A DNA stretch of 64,000 nt from Desulfurococcaceae archaeon (GTDB lineage Archaea; Thermoproteota; Thermoprotei_A; Sulfolobales; Desulfurococcaceae), in the NCBI GenBank assembly GCA_038888155.1, contig JAWAJB010000001.1, positions 160,001 through 224,000 of the forward strand. The letters are read 5' to 3'. The notes below the pieces were generated by a model. The model had not been told where the DNA came from. It ran no database searches and saw nothing but the letters and a program-made list of their open reading frames with translations. The position numbers and the translations under genes are program-made. Positions 1-9,442 of the stretch are shown one piece after another (within the stretch, counting starts at the first letter, position 1; every line of letters starts with the position of its first letter).

Positions 1-2
1 CC

Positions 3-626
3 ACTGCAGAGCACTCTCTAGCTGCACTACACGCATTTGAAGATCTACACGAAGAGGACCTGCCCCTTAAATACGCGGGGATTTCTCCCTGTTTCAGAAA
101 AGAGGCAGGCGCTGGGTCAAGGGACCTTAAAGGTATATTCAGGGTACACCAATTCCACAAGGTCGAACAGTACGTTTATGCTAGGCCCGAAGATAGCTGG
201 GAGTTAATGGAGGAGATGATATTCAACGCCGAAGAAGTGTTCAGAGAGCTGGAGCTGCCATATAGAGTTGTTAACATCGCAAGTGGCGATCTTGGCGCGC
301 CTGCAGCAAAGAAATATGACCTAGAGACATGGATGCCTGCTCAGGGCCTGTATAGGGAAATGGTCAGCTGTAGCAATACAACCGATTGGCAGAGCTATAG
401 GTTAAAGATAAGGCTTATCAGGAGGAAAGGGATGATCAGGGAGTACGTGCATACCCTCAATAGTACTGCTATAGCCAGTACTAGAGCTATTACTGCTATA
501 CTGGAAAATCACCAGAATGAGGATGGAACGGTGACAATACCTAGAGCGCTTAGGAAGTACTTAGAGGTATTTAACAGGGCTCCAAAGGATTTCATACATC
601 CCTACAAAAAAGAGCGACCTACGTAG
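3..626 (+). CDS. serS: Seryl-tRNA synthetase, C-terminal part (gene begins before window)
   Basis: Frame from nt 3 reads [10 protein letters not shown]...CFRKEAG...[13 protein letters not shown] and continues into the listed ORF with [12 protein letters not shown] and HTLNSTAIA (class II SerRS motifs 2/3). Confidence 0.97.
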   Translation, partial: TAEHSLAALHAFEDLHEEDLPLKYAGISPCFRKEAGAGSRDLKGIFRVHQFHKVEQYVYARPEDSWELMEEMIFNAEEVFRELELPYRVVNIASGDLGAPAAKKYDLETWMPAQGLYREMVSCSNTTDWQSYRLKIRLIRRKGMIREYVHTLNSTAIASTRAITAILENHQNEDGTVTIPRALRKYLEVFNRAPKDFIHPYKKERPT

Positions 627-918
627 CTGTTTAAGGCAATTACTTTGGTGAAGTTTCAATGTACATTTCATGTTAAATTCCAGCTAGCAAAATGGTAACT
701 TAAATATAGTCCTCTCGGAAAGCAACCCTAGAGGAAAGGTGCCTAGCTCCATTCTGGGTTGAAGGGAGGTAGTGAAGCCGAGGACTTATAGAAAGGCATG
801 TAGATAGGGCACTTAAGTTTGCATTTATAACAGCCGCTCCCTCGTGTACAGCGAAGTATATTACTTAACCCAGCCCTTTAAAAGCGAATTCTCTAAATCG
901 TGTCGTTGGGGACAAAAA

Positions 919-1281
919 TTGAGCATCAATAAAGTAATTGTTGAAGTGCAGTTAGATTTTAGCGAGGAGAGCGATCGAGCATTAAAAACGCTGTTCAACG
1001 TAGCCGAAGAGCTACTCGATAAATACGAGCTTTGGGTGGAGATAATCCCCGTTCATTTATGGTTTTCAGATCCATTGGAAGCTGAACTATCTGATCTACC
1101 CAAGATATTTATAAATGGGAAGTTGAGGTTTATCGGCAAATCACCAAGCAGAAGGGAAGCCCTTAACGCTATTTTAGAGCACGCCAATACCCCACCTAAA
1201 CGGGTTGAAACTGCGAGCAACACTATAAACTCGAGGATCGATTTTGACGGCGGTATTCCAGAGGTTGCTCTAACATTCTAG
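919..1281 (+). CDS. Thioredoxin/glutaredoxin-fold hypothetical protein lacking CxxC
   Basis: LPKIFINGKLRFIG-SP resembles the cis-Pro strand of thioredoxin-like proteins. TTG start at 919 after GGGGA is preferred over the ORF-track GTG at 844. Confidence 0.55.
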   Translation: MSINKVIVEVQLDFSEESDRALKTLFNVAEELLDKYELWVEIIPVHLWFSDPLEAELSDLPKIFINGKLRFIGKSPSRREALNAILEHANTPPKRVETASNTINSRIDFDGGIPEVALTF

Positions 1282-1571
1282 GCAGGTATGGGAATTCTTA
1301 GAAAATTATATAAGGGTCTTAGAGCAAATTACACTTAGCCGAGAACTCTTCGCCACGGTGAGACGGGCTTATTCGCACAGTTCGTTCCAGTACTGGCTTG
1401 CTTTATTATTTAGCAAAACAACAAGCTAATATATCGCCATACTAGATAAGTGGAACAAGCTAATAAAACTGTAGCTATAAATGAACGCGGAAATGAATAA
1501 TTGTATAAGTGGCGAGGAGTTCGATGAGGCACCTCGGAGAATTAAATGTGAAAGTTTCACGCCATTGAGCA

Positions 1572-2381
1572 CTATCTAGGTGCTCTCTTCCTTAGCCACG
1601 TTGTGGTATGTTCGTGGGCTAAATAAGCTGCGTTCTCTTCATCCCCCTTTAGTAAGTAGTAGTAAAAGTAAGTTGAAGTAAAGTAATCTCCTGCACCTGT
1701 TTTGTTCTCGGCAACGTAATCCACTGGCAGATCAATTGATTTTACAGCACTTGAGCTTATTAAAATAGACTTGTTCGGCCTAATTGTAACAACCATAACC
1801 CCCTTAAGGCGCTTAGATATCTTCTCAGTAGCATCTTTTAAATTCGACGACAATGTAAGCGCTAGAAATTCCTCAAGATCTGCGTGGATTACATCTGGTA
1901 CTTCCAGTGCTATCATTGCCTCTGGGGTAGAGTCTAGAACTAACTCGCCTTCCCTTACTCTTCTCAAAAAACCCTGTAGATCTACGGCCAGCAGCTCGGA
2001 GCCGCATTTAATACCCTTAAGAGTTGATATGCTAACTTCTCCAATAACAGGGTTAACAATTGAGTAACACTGACCTTCGTGCATGTTCCACGGATATATA
2101 GATGGCGCTAGTTCAAGTGCCCTTATTCTCCTTGTGCTGCCTAAGTATTCTATTTTGAAAATGTTTGCAGTGCTTGAGTACTGTTTTACATTTATGTAGG
2201 CGCTAATGGGATGGCTTATGAGTCGATGACTGTACGCAGCATAGACTTCTACCTTGAGGTTTCGCTCAATGAGCGGTATCGCAGAATAGAATGACCCACC
2301 TCCGTGTGCGGCTTCTTCTTTTACTTTACCAATGCTTATTAGATCTATTGTGGGATTGCCGTAAATGCAGAACCTCTTCAA
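1572..2381 (-). CDS. PfkB/ribokinase-family sugar kinase-like protein
   Basis: N-terminal GNPTID, GGG motif and C-terminal TGAGDYF anion-hole signature. Confidence 0.8.
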   Translation of the reverse strand: MKRFCIYGNPTIDLISIGKVKEEAAHGGGSFYSAIPLIERNLKVEVYAAYSHRLISHPISAYINVKQYSSTANIFKIEYLGSTRRIRALELAPSIYPWNMHEGQCYSIVNPVIGEVSISTLKGIKCGSELLAVDLQGFLRRVREGELVLDSTPEAMIALEVPDVIHADLEEFLALTLSSNLKDATEKISKRLKGVMVVTIRPNKSILISSSAVKSIDLPVDYVAENKTGAGDYFTSTYFYYYLLKGDEENAAYLAHEHTTTWLRKRAPR

Positions 2382-2662
2382 GATTCATCCTCGGCTTTGC
2401 TACTGAGCAATTTCTCGACTCTCTTCTTTTGTTCAAACAAATGATAGCCTTTAATGTGCTCTATAAGATCTTCGACAGAGTAGAAAAATGAGTTTTCATA
2501 TTTGTAGTTAACCGGGGGGGTCTCGCCTAAACACTTTGACGCAGCATGGGCACAAATAGGGCAAGAAATGAGGCCCGTTATTTTGTCTCTACACGTCCTG
2601 AACCTTATTCCCTCGTGGTCGACTTCAAATAACTCCCACCTGGGCTCCCAAGTATAGGCCAA
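2378..2662 (-). CDS. Small crenarchaeal zinc-finger-like hypothetical protein
   Basis: CPIC...HIKGYH pattern; TTG start after GAGGTG SD; 4-nt overlap with the downstream kinase. Confidence 0.7.
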   Translation of the reverse strand: MAYTWEPRWELFEVDHEGIRFRTCRDKITGLISCPICAHAASKCLGETPPVNYKYENSFFYSVEDLIEHIKGYHLFEQKKRVEKLLSSKAEDES

Positions 2663-2671
2663 AGGTTAAAA

Positions 2672-2726
2672 CACCTCAGTCGGTTGATCCATCCTCACCA
2701 ATCAGGGGCCTAAAGTCTCAGCACCT
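2672..2726 (-). ncRNA. Box C/D methylation guide sRNA (both guides match 16S rRNA)
   Basis: Minus strand GTGCTGA-gactttaggccc-CTGA-t-TGGTGA-ggatggatcaaccga-CTGA. Guides are complementary to conserved archaeal 16S sequences GGGCCUAAAG and CGGUUGAUCC. TATA-like ATATAAG lies about 25 nt upstream. Confidence 0.85.
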
Positions 2727-2885
2727 AATTGTACTTGATATTTAGTGCTTATATTATTTTTCTTGTTACAATATCTTTGGATCAAAAGTACTAGTGTTCG
2801 TCGAAAATTAGAGGAGTCGTCCTTGATCGTATGAGTTTTTGGTCAAAAAAATCTAGTTTTTCTGTTTTTAAAAGATAGATAGTCC

Positions 2886-3524
2886 CTATGGGGGTTTAGG
2901 AAGTATAATGCTCTTCTTGTATGTAGCCGGATTGAATGAGTTGCTATCTAATTTAACAACGCTATATCCACTTGTATACTTCAAGAACTCGTCTACTGGC
3001 TTAATTGGGAGGGTTAATCCCTGAGTCCAATAGTGTATAGGCATTACATTCAACGGATTTGCCTTCTCGATAATAGTCCAAGCTTCGCTCGGCTCTATGG
3101 TAAAGGTCCCGCCGACTGGTATCATGAGGAGGTCTACACCGCTGAGCTTTGCTAATGTGCCTTCAGGTGGTACTTCCCCTAAGTCGCCTAAATGCGCTAA
3201 CCGCATGGCCTCTACTTCAATTATGTAAATAGCGTTTTCTCCTCTTCTCTTACCCTGCTGTTTATCGTGATATGTCTTAATTCCAGCTATCTTAATGTTA
3301 TCGATGAGGCTCTCCCCATAAAACATTTTAAATATCCTTGTCTTGTCCTTTGAGACAACATTCACAGCGTTGTGATCAAAGTGATCATGAGTTGAGAGAA
3401 CAATATCTGCCTTAACGGCAGGTCTATTCAATCCAATACTAGTGCCATCGTGTGGATCTATTACAATAACGTAGTTATCTATTGATACAGATACGCACGC
3501 GTGCCCGTGCCAAGAAACTATCAT
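2886..3524 (-). CDS. Metallo-beta-lactamase-fold Zn-dependent hydrolase
   Basis: GHAC, IDP, THDHFDH, HLGD, PVGG and PIHY motifs. Confidence 0.92.
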   Translation of the reverse strand: MIVSWHGHACVSVSIDNYVIVIDPHDGTSIGLNRPAVKADIVLSTHDHFDHNAVNVVSKDKTRIFKMFYGESLIDNIKIAGIKTYHDKQQGKRRGENAIYIIEVEAMRLAHLGDLGEVPPEGTLAKLSGVDLLMIPVGGTFTIEPSEAWTIIEKANPLNVMPIHYWTQGLTLPIKPVDEFLKYTSGYSVVKLDSNSFNPATYKKSIILPKPP

Positions 3525-3600
3525 AGGGAGCCAACCGATTTAGTAATATACCCTACAATAAATAAATATTAAATCTCAGGCATTACCTTGGTGCTACGCA

Positions 3601-5004
3601 TTGAGCCTAGAGTTATTGGGCATAGTAGGGGCGCTACTTGTACTGCTTCCACAAGTATTAGTTTATTTTGTCCACTCAGCAATGCTCCTCGTAGGTAAGG
3701 AAGAACGACCAAAGCCGCGAAAACCCGGGAACTCAAAGAATATCTCATTTATAGTGCCAGTTAGGAAGGAGCCCCTAAACTACATAGAAGAAGCAGTTAA
3801 ATACGTAGGCTCGCTCGGCGTAGCTAACTACGAAGTAATTGTTGTATCTGATGACGACGAACAGCTGAAAGAGGAATTATTCGGGCTAATCAATAGGTTG
3901 AGAAATGAGGGCTTCAACGTATGGATTATCTGGAGAAGTGTTCCAAGAGGGCTGAGAACTGGGGCCTTGAACTTCGGTTTATATGCATCCATAGGTGACT
4001 TTATTTATGTTTTAGATGTTGACTCAAGGCCTGAAAAGTGTTTCTTTGTCAATGCAATAGAGGTCCTAGAAGGCTGCAGAGACTGCATTGGTGCCACTGG
4101 TCGGTGGGAGCCATTGAATGCAGATAGCAGAGTAAGCGAGGCGCTAGCGCTTGGCTTAAAATTCCTAGCAAGAGTACTTTACAGGGCTAGGGATAGAGTT
4201 GGCCTGTTCGTATATCCTCTGGGAACGGGAACGCTCTACAAGTCTCGCCTACTCAAAGAGGTTTTAGGAGGATGGGATGAAAGTAAGATACAAGATGACA
4301 TGGAAATTGGTACCCGAATCATGTACTCTGGGTTCCGAGTTGCATACATTGATGAGTGCGCTATATACGTAGAAAACCCGTCTTCGTACAGAGCCTTTAG
4401 GATACAACAATCGAGGTGGGCCTATGGAGCAATGGATGTCGCTATGTCCAACATAAAGTACATATTTAGGTCAAGGCATCCATTGTTGGTTAGAATAGAG
4501 GCTTACCTTTATCTACTCCAATACCTGCCTCAGTCGCTTGTCTTTATAGGTACAACGATGATGTGTATTTCGCAGCTTATCTGTCCAGCAGACAGCTTAA
4601 AGGACTTAATTTTATTGGCGATTCTGTGGATAGCTGGCCTATCCTCATACTCAATCCTGATGATCAGGGAAGCTTTTTCTGGAAAGAGGCTGTGGGACTT
4701 TATTGTGCTGGCGGGAAGGCTGTCAGCTTTCTCCACAACAGTGTCCCCCTACGTAGCTTTTTATTCTGTTAAAGCTTTACTTAGATTCAAAGAAACTTAC
4801 CAAAGAACGCCCAAGGGAATTTACCAAAAAATACATTCGTCGACTCGCTTTCCGTGGGAACTAGTACTTGGGGTGTTAATTACAGCAGTCGGACTACGTG
4901 CCTTCTTTGCGGAGTCTGTGATAACGGCCTTGTGGCTAATATCCATGGGCTCAGCTTACCTTTATACTACTTATCGATGTACACAAGACGTATTCTACGA
5001 TTAG
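3601..5004 (+). CDS. GT2 membrane glycosyltransferase (cellulose-synthase-like)
   Basis: D, DVD, QDD and QQSRW (QxxRW) motifs with N- and C-terminal TM helices. Confidence 0.88.
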   Translation: MSLELLGIVGALLVLLPQVLVYFVHSAMLLVGKEERPKPRKPGNSKNISFIVPVRKEPLNYIEEAVKYVGSLGVANYEVIVVSDDDEQLKEELFGLINRLRNEGFNVWIIWRSVPRGLRTGALNFGLYASIGDFIYVLDVDSRPEKCFFVNAIEVLEGCRDCIGATGRWEPLNADSRVSEALALGLKFLARVLYRARDRVGLFVYPLGTGTLYKSRLLKEVLGGWDESKIQDDMEIGTRIMYSGFRVAYIDECAIYVENPSSYRAFRIQQSRWAYGAMDVAMSNIKYIFRSRHPLLVRIEAYLYLLQYLPQSLVFIGTTMMCISQLICPADSLKDLILLAILWIAGLSSYSILMIREAFSGKRLWDFIVLAGRLSAFSTTVSPYVAFYSVKALLRFKETYQRTPKGIYQKIHSSTRFPWELVLGVLITAVGLRAFFAESVITALWLISMGSAYLYTTYRCTQDVFYD

Positions 5005-5049
5005 GGCCAGCACTTAAATCACCTTAAAAGCCTATTTCACTAAGAGAGT

Positions 5050-7719
5050 GTGTTCGGTGTTCAATACATGCTTAAGTACGTTACTGACGAACTAAGCGAT
5101 GGTGAAGTACTAGGTGCGCTAAAGCCTTATATTAGAATGTGGTTTCGGAGAAAATACGAATCGCTAACGCCTGTCCAGAGGAAAACCATACCAATAGTCA
5201 AACAGGGTAGTAGCGTTCTAGTCTCGAGCCCAACTGGGACGGGGAAGACATTAGCTGTTTTCCTCGGGATCATAGACAACATATACGATCTCTACGAGAA
5301 ATATGGAAAATTGCCAGATGGCGTTTACGCAGTTTATGTCAGCCCCCTTAGGGCTTTAAATAACGACATGAGAAGAAATCTCTATGATCCAGTGATAGGT
5401 ATTTTAGAAATTGCACGCGAGGAGGGCATTAACTTACCTGAAATAAAAGTAGCTGTGAGGACAAGCGATACAAGTTCATACGAGAAGCAGAAAATGCTGA
5501 AAGATCCACCACACATTTTAATAACAACACCTGAGAGCCTCGCTATTACTCTAAGCGCCCCTCGTTTTAGGGAACTGCTTAAGAATGTCCATGTGATCGT
5601 AGTCGATGAAATACACGATCTTGCTTCAAGTAAGAGGGGGAGTCACCTAGCTTTGAGCATAGAGAGACTTGAGAAGCTTGCAGGTAGGTCTTTGCAGAGA
5701 ATTGGGCTCAGCGCAACAATAGCTCCACTTGATGAGGTTGCGCTGTTTCTTGTAGGGTATAAAGATGGCGGCGAGCCCAAGGATTGTTTTATAGTTGATG
5801 CTAGGTTTGACAAGAAAGTTGACATAAGGGTAGTGGCGCCTATAAAAGATCTTGTGCATACTCCTTCTGATATCATCAATGAGTCGATATACAAGAAAAT
5901 CCTAGAGCTAATCAAGAGGCATAAGACTACTCTGATCTTTACAAACACAAGAAGCGCAACTGAAAGAGTAGTTTTTAAGCTAAGAAAAATTATGGAAAAC
6001 GAACACATACTAGATATAGATGAAATTGAGGCCCATCACAGTAGCCTCAGTAGGGATTTGAGACTAGATGTTGAGGAAAGACTAAAGAAAGGGCACCTGA
6101 GAGTTGTCGTAAGCTCTACTTCTTTGGAGCTAGGCATAGACGTTGGTTATATCGACTTAGTGTTGCTTTTGAGTAGCCCAAAGAGCGTTACTAGGCTTTT
6201 ACAGAGAGTTGGAAGATCTGGCCACCATATACGCGCGATGAGTAAGGGTAGAATTATAGTTGTCGACAGAGACGACCTAGTTGAGTGCGCTGTTCTAAGC
6301 AAATTAGCGCGCGAGAGAAAAATAGATAGGATCAGAATACCCAAGAATCCGCTAGATGTTCTTGCACAACAAATAGTTGGAATGGCGCTCGATAGTGATT
6401 GCAAAATTGAAGAGGCTTACAACCTAGTCAGGAGGACATATAGCTTTCATGATCTGAGCTACGGCGATTTTCTCAACGTTGTACATTACCTAGCAGGCAA
6501 ACTGGGAGGCTTTTATGAGTACCAGAAAGTGTATTCAAAGATATGGGTAGATGAAAATAAGGGAATTTTTGGAAGAAAGAGAACAACAAGAATGATTTAT
6601 CACTTGAACTTAGGCGTCATACCTGACGAGAGCAAGGTTAGAGTATTTAATACTGACAACAAATACGTTGGAGACCTAGAAGAGGGCTTTGTTGAATACT
6701 TAACACCTGGCGATCTCTTTGTTCTCGGCGGACGCGTATATGAATTTCTCCACAGCAAGGGGTTTACAGCTTTTGTTAGAAATGCCGACGGGCAGAGACC
6801 CACAGTCCCAACGTGGTTCAGTGAAATGCTGCCTTTATCTTTTGACTCGGCAGTAGAAGTGGGTAAGTTTAGGAGAATTGTTTCGGAGATGCTGGACGCT
6901 GATGGTAGAAGTATTGTACTCTCGTATTTAATAAAAGAATATAAGCTTCAAAAGCAAGCTGCCGAGTCTATATGCGATTATATACTGGAACAAAAGCTCT
7001 ATACAGGTAACCTAGTGCCCTCAGATAAATTAATCCTAGTAGAGATCTACGACGAAGAGACTCGAAGAAACGTGATTGTACACTCGATTTTTGGTAGAAA
7101 AGCTAACGACGCACTTGCGAGACTACTAGCGTATACAGTTGGATCCAAGCTTGGCGTAAATGTAAAAATTACTGTCACCGATAACGGCTTTATGTTGACG
7201 CTTCCGGGCCACCCAGTAGCTAACTACGCCGAGCTGCTAAAATCAATTCCAATTAAAAGCGTGTGGGACACGCTAACTAAGGCAATAAGGAGAACCGATC
7301 TCGTAAAGCGAAGATTTAGGCACGTGGCAGTGCGCAGCTTTATGTTGTTGAGAAGATATAGAGAAGCAGAGAAGTCTCTCGGCAGACTCCAATTAAACGC
7401 TGAAGAGCTCTTAAAGGCAGTTGAGGAGATAAAGGAATTTCCAGTGCTAAAGGAGACTTATAGGGAAATACTTATGGATTACATGCACATAGATGAGGCA
7501 ATAAAGGTTATCGAGGGTATACAAAGGGGAGATATCGCGGTTAGAGAGATAGGGCCGCTCGATGTGCCTTCACCCTTTGCCCACAGCATCGTTGCTCACG
7601 GGTACACAGACGTAGTCCTAATGGAGGATATGAGGCGCTTAATAGCTAGACTACATGAACTCGTAATTGGAAGGCTTAAATCGCTCGGTTTGGAACTTGA
7701 AAATCCCGCCCTTACGTAG
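5050..7719 (+). CDS. lhr: ATP-dependent helicase Lhr (archaeal Lhr-core)
   Basis: SPTGTGKT, DEIH, SAT, HHSSL, QRVGRSGH and PTVPTWFSE motifs; start may be ATG 5068. Confidence 0.93.
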   Translation: MFGVQYMLKYVTDELSDGEVLGALKPYIRMWFRRKYESLTPVQRKTIPIVKQGSSVLVSSPTGTGKTLAVFLGIIDNIYDLYEKYGKLPDGVYAVYVSPLRALNNDMRRNLYDPVIGILEIAREEGINLPEIKVAVRTSDTSSYEKQKMLKDPPHILITTPESLAITLSAPRFRELLKNVHVIVVDEIHDLASSKRGSHLALSIERLEKLAGRSLQRIGLSATIAPLDEVALFLVGYKDGGEPKDCFIVDARFDKKVDIRVVAPIKDLVHTPSDIINESIYKKILELIKRHKTTLIFTNTRSATERVVFKLRKIMENEHILDIDEIEAHHSSLSRDLRLDVEERLKKGHLRVVVSSTSLELGIDVGYIDLVLLLSSPKSVTRLLQRVGRSGHHIRAMSKGRIIVVDRDDLVECAVLSKLARERKIDRIRIPKNPLDVLAQQIVGMALDSDCKIEEAYNLVRRTYSFHDLSYGDFLNVVHYLAGKLGGFYEYQKVYSKIWVDENKGIFGRKRTTRMIYHLNLGVIPDESKVRVFNTDNKYVGDLEEGFVEYLTPGDLFVLGGRVYEFLHSKGFTAFVRNADGQRPTVPTWFSEMLPLSFDSAVEVGKFRRIVSEMLDADGRSIVLSYLIKEYKLQKQAAESICDYILEQKLYTGNLVPSDKLILVEIYDEETRRNVIVHSIFGRKANDALARLLAYTVGSKLGVNVKITVTDNGFMLTLPGHPVANYAELLKSIPIKSVWDTLTKAIRRTDLVKRRFRHVAVRSFMLLRRYREAEKSLGRLQLNAEELLKAVEEIKEFPVLKETYREILMDYMHIDEAIKVIEGIQRGDIAVREIGPLDVPSPFAHSIVAHGYTDVVLMEDMRRLIARLHELVIGRLKSLGLELENPALT

Positions 7720-8443
7720 ATTCCTCGTGTTTTGAGGAGTTGCCAAGTATTTTCTCTAGTACCTTATCGTTTAAATCGTAAACAGATTTCGCGATAGCTC
7801 TTACATATTCATCGCTAGGCGTTGACTTGGGGAAGTTTATTCGAATGGCGAGTGCCTTTTTAAAGGCCTCTTTTTCATCTCTGTTTCTAACCTCGCCCCG
7901 GTATATAGCCTCTGTCAAAAGCAGCCCAATAAAGAACTTAGCGTAGTTTCTCACCGTTTTCTCCTCTTCGGGGAAGACCTTGAGAATTTTGTGTAAAATA
8001 TTTTTAAAATCCTCTTCAGATAGGAATCCCAGTAAAAGCATAGTTAGAGGTAATCTAAGCAACCTTGCAACAGTATTGCTCTCTATTGTACCAGATGGAG
8101 ACATCTTTGCCAACTCTTCGCGCGCGACTTCAAAGCGGTCCTCAAGTATACTGTGTAAAGCTCTTTCGAGAATCCCCTCAATGTAGAATATATTATCAAA
8201 AAGCTCTGGGTACTCTTGGTCTAACTTAAGTCCATGTTTCCCAACGACGTACAGTGTTGCCATTTCTTTATCGTAGATATCTTCTGGTACTGCCTTACCT
8301 CGTATTGGCTGGATCTTCTCTGATTGATAGGCTTTCTTTAGTATTTCAACGGCATCTCCTCGCTTTATTCTATCTGCGGCTTTTACTAACTCTCCGAGTA
8401 AAGAGACTGCTACCTGTATTCTTTTTCTGTGAGGCGATCTCAC
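7712..8443 (-). CDS. Conserved crenarchaeal hypothetical protein (DUF2192-like)
   Basis: PIRG...DIYDKEMATLYVVGKHGL pattern; GGTGA SD upstream. Confidence 0.7.
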   Translation of the reverse strand: MRSPHRKRIQVAVSLLGELVKAADRIKRGDAVEILKKAYQSEKIQPIRGKAVPEDIYDKEMATLYVVGKHGLKLDQEYPELFDNIFYIEGILERALHSILEDRFEVAREELAKMSPSGTIESNTVARLLRLPLTMLLLGFLSEEDFKNILHKILKVFPEEEKTVRNYAKFFIGLLLTEAIYRGEVRNRDEKEAFKKALAIRINFPKSTPSDEYVRAIAKSVYDLNDKVLEKILGNSSKHEEST

Positions 8444-8621
8444 GACTGCTAGTCACCTTCAGCGATTTGGCTCCAATGAGATTTCTTTACCGAGACCAAA
8501 ATTACTCTTTTCTGTAGTACTCTTTATATTTGATTTCTCTAGTTGTCAAAGGTATCTATCCACGCATTCGACTTGTTCATTAACCTGCTCTTTTCGGCAA
8601 CGAGTTCAATAGATTGAGTGC

Positions 8622-8999
8622 TCACTGTTTCCACTGGTATCTTACCTTGATGTACCCCAGCGACTCTAGGATCTCTACATACCAGCCCGCTATCTGCACG
8701 AACAGCAGTTTTTTGGCCTCTGTGCAGTCTACAACAACTCCATAGGCTTCTTTAAAGGCTTCTGAGCACAGGTCGCAGTCAATTGAGCTCTCGAATTTTG
8801 TTCTAATTAGTTCAATAATGTCGCCAAACGACAAACCAGCCTCGCTAATAGCTTTAATTATTTCCGATAAAATTTCTGAAGTAGGTAGCAAAGATGAACA
8901 GTCTTCCTTTAGCTGTTTGCACTTTTTCATATAACCTAAGAGGAACCTGTAGTCCTCAATAACACTTCCAGTCGATAGGAATGGTCTCTCGTCCATCAA
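8622..8999 (-). CDS. Hypothetical Cys-rich helical protein
   Basis: 125-aa ORF translationally coupled to the upstream HTH gene. Confidence 0.65.
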   Translation of the reverse strand: MMDERPFLSTGSVIEDYRFLLGYMKKCKQLKEDCSSLLPTSEILSEIIKAISEAGLSFGDIIELIRTKFESSIDCDLCSEAFKEAYGVVVDCTEAKKLLFVQIAGWYVEILESLGYIKVRYQWKQ

Positions 9000-9349
9000 G
9001 CCTGAGACCCTATTATGCTTGAGAGCTTCGCCTTTATTTCTTGTTTATGCCTCTCGTCGACTAATCTGTAAAGCCTATCTATGGCCTCAACGAGGTCGTT
9101 AATCAATATCGATATTATTGTATCTCTCTCGTATGTCGCAGACGATTCTATTGCTTTCGCTAACACTTCATCGCTTGGATGTGATATTCTCTTAGTGTAC
9201 TTTCTAACTGCCGTGGGGGATACAGCAAGTATTCTGGCAAGCTCCGTTATGCTCCTAGTGGAGAGCATTAGCTCTATAATTTTATACCTAGCGTCCTTGC
9301 TAATCCAGTGAACTGGGAAATTTGTACTCTCTACGTTCTCGAAGCCCAC
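8996..9349 (-). CDS. HTH (Xre/Cro-like) transcriptional regulator
   Basis: SITELARILAVSPTAVRKY...HPSD HTH; GGTGA SD. Confidence 0.85.
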   Translation of the reverse strand: MGFENVESTNFPVHWISKDARYKIIELMLSTRSITELARILAVSPTAVRKYTKRISHPSDEVLAKAIESSATYERDTIISILINDLVEAIDRLYRLVDERHKQEIKAKLSSIIGSQA

Positions 9350-9442
9350 TTAACATCACCTGCGTCGTTGCTTTTAAACGGTCTCTATAATTCTAATAAT
9401 ATGACGAATATTAAAAGGACTTCAAAGTGTTGAGGGTCCGCC

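Noticed and set aside
1420-1465. Direct repeats as a mini-CRISPR
   Set aside because: Only two 12-bp copies with a 22-nt gap; no cas genes or leader.
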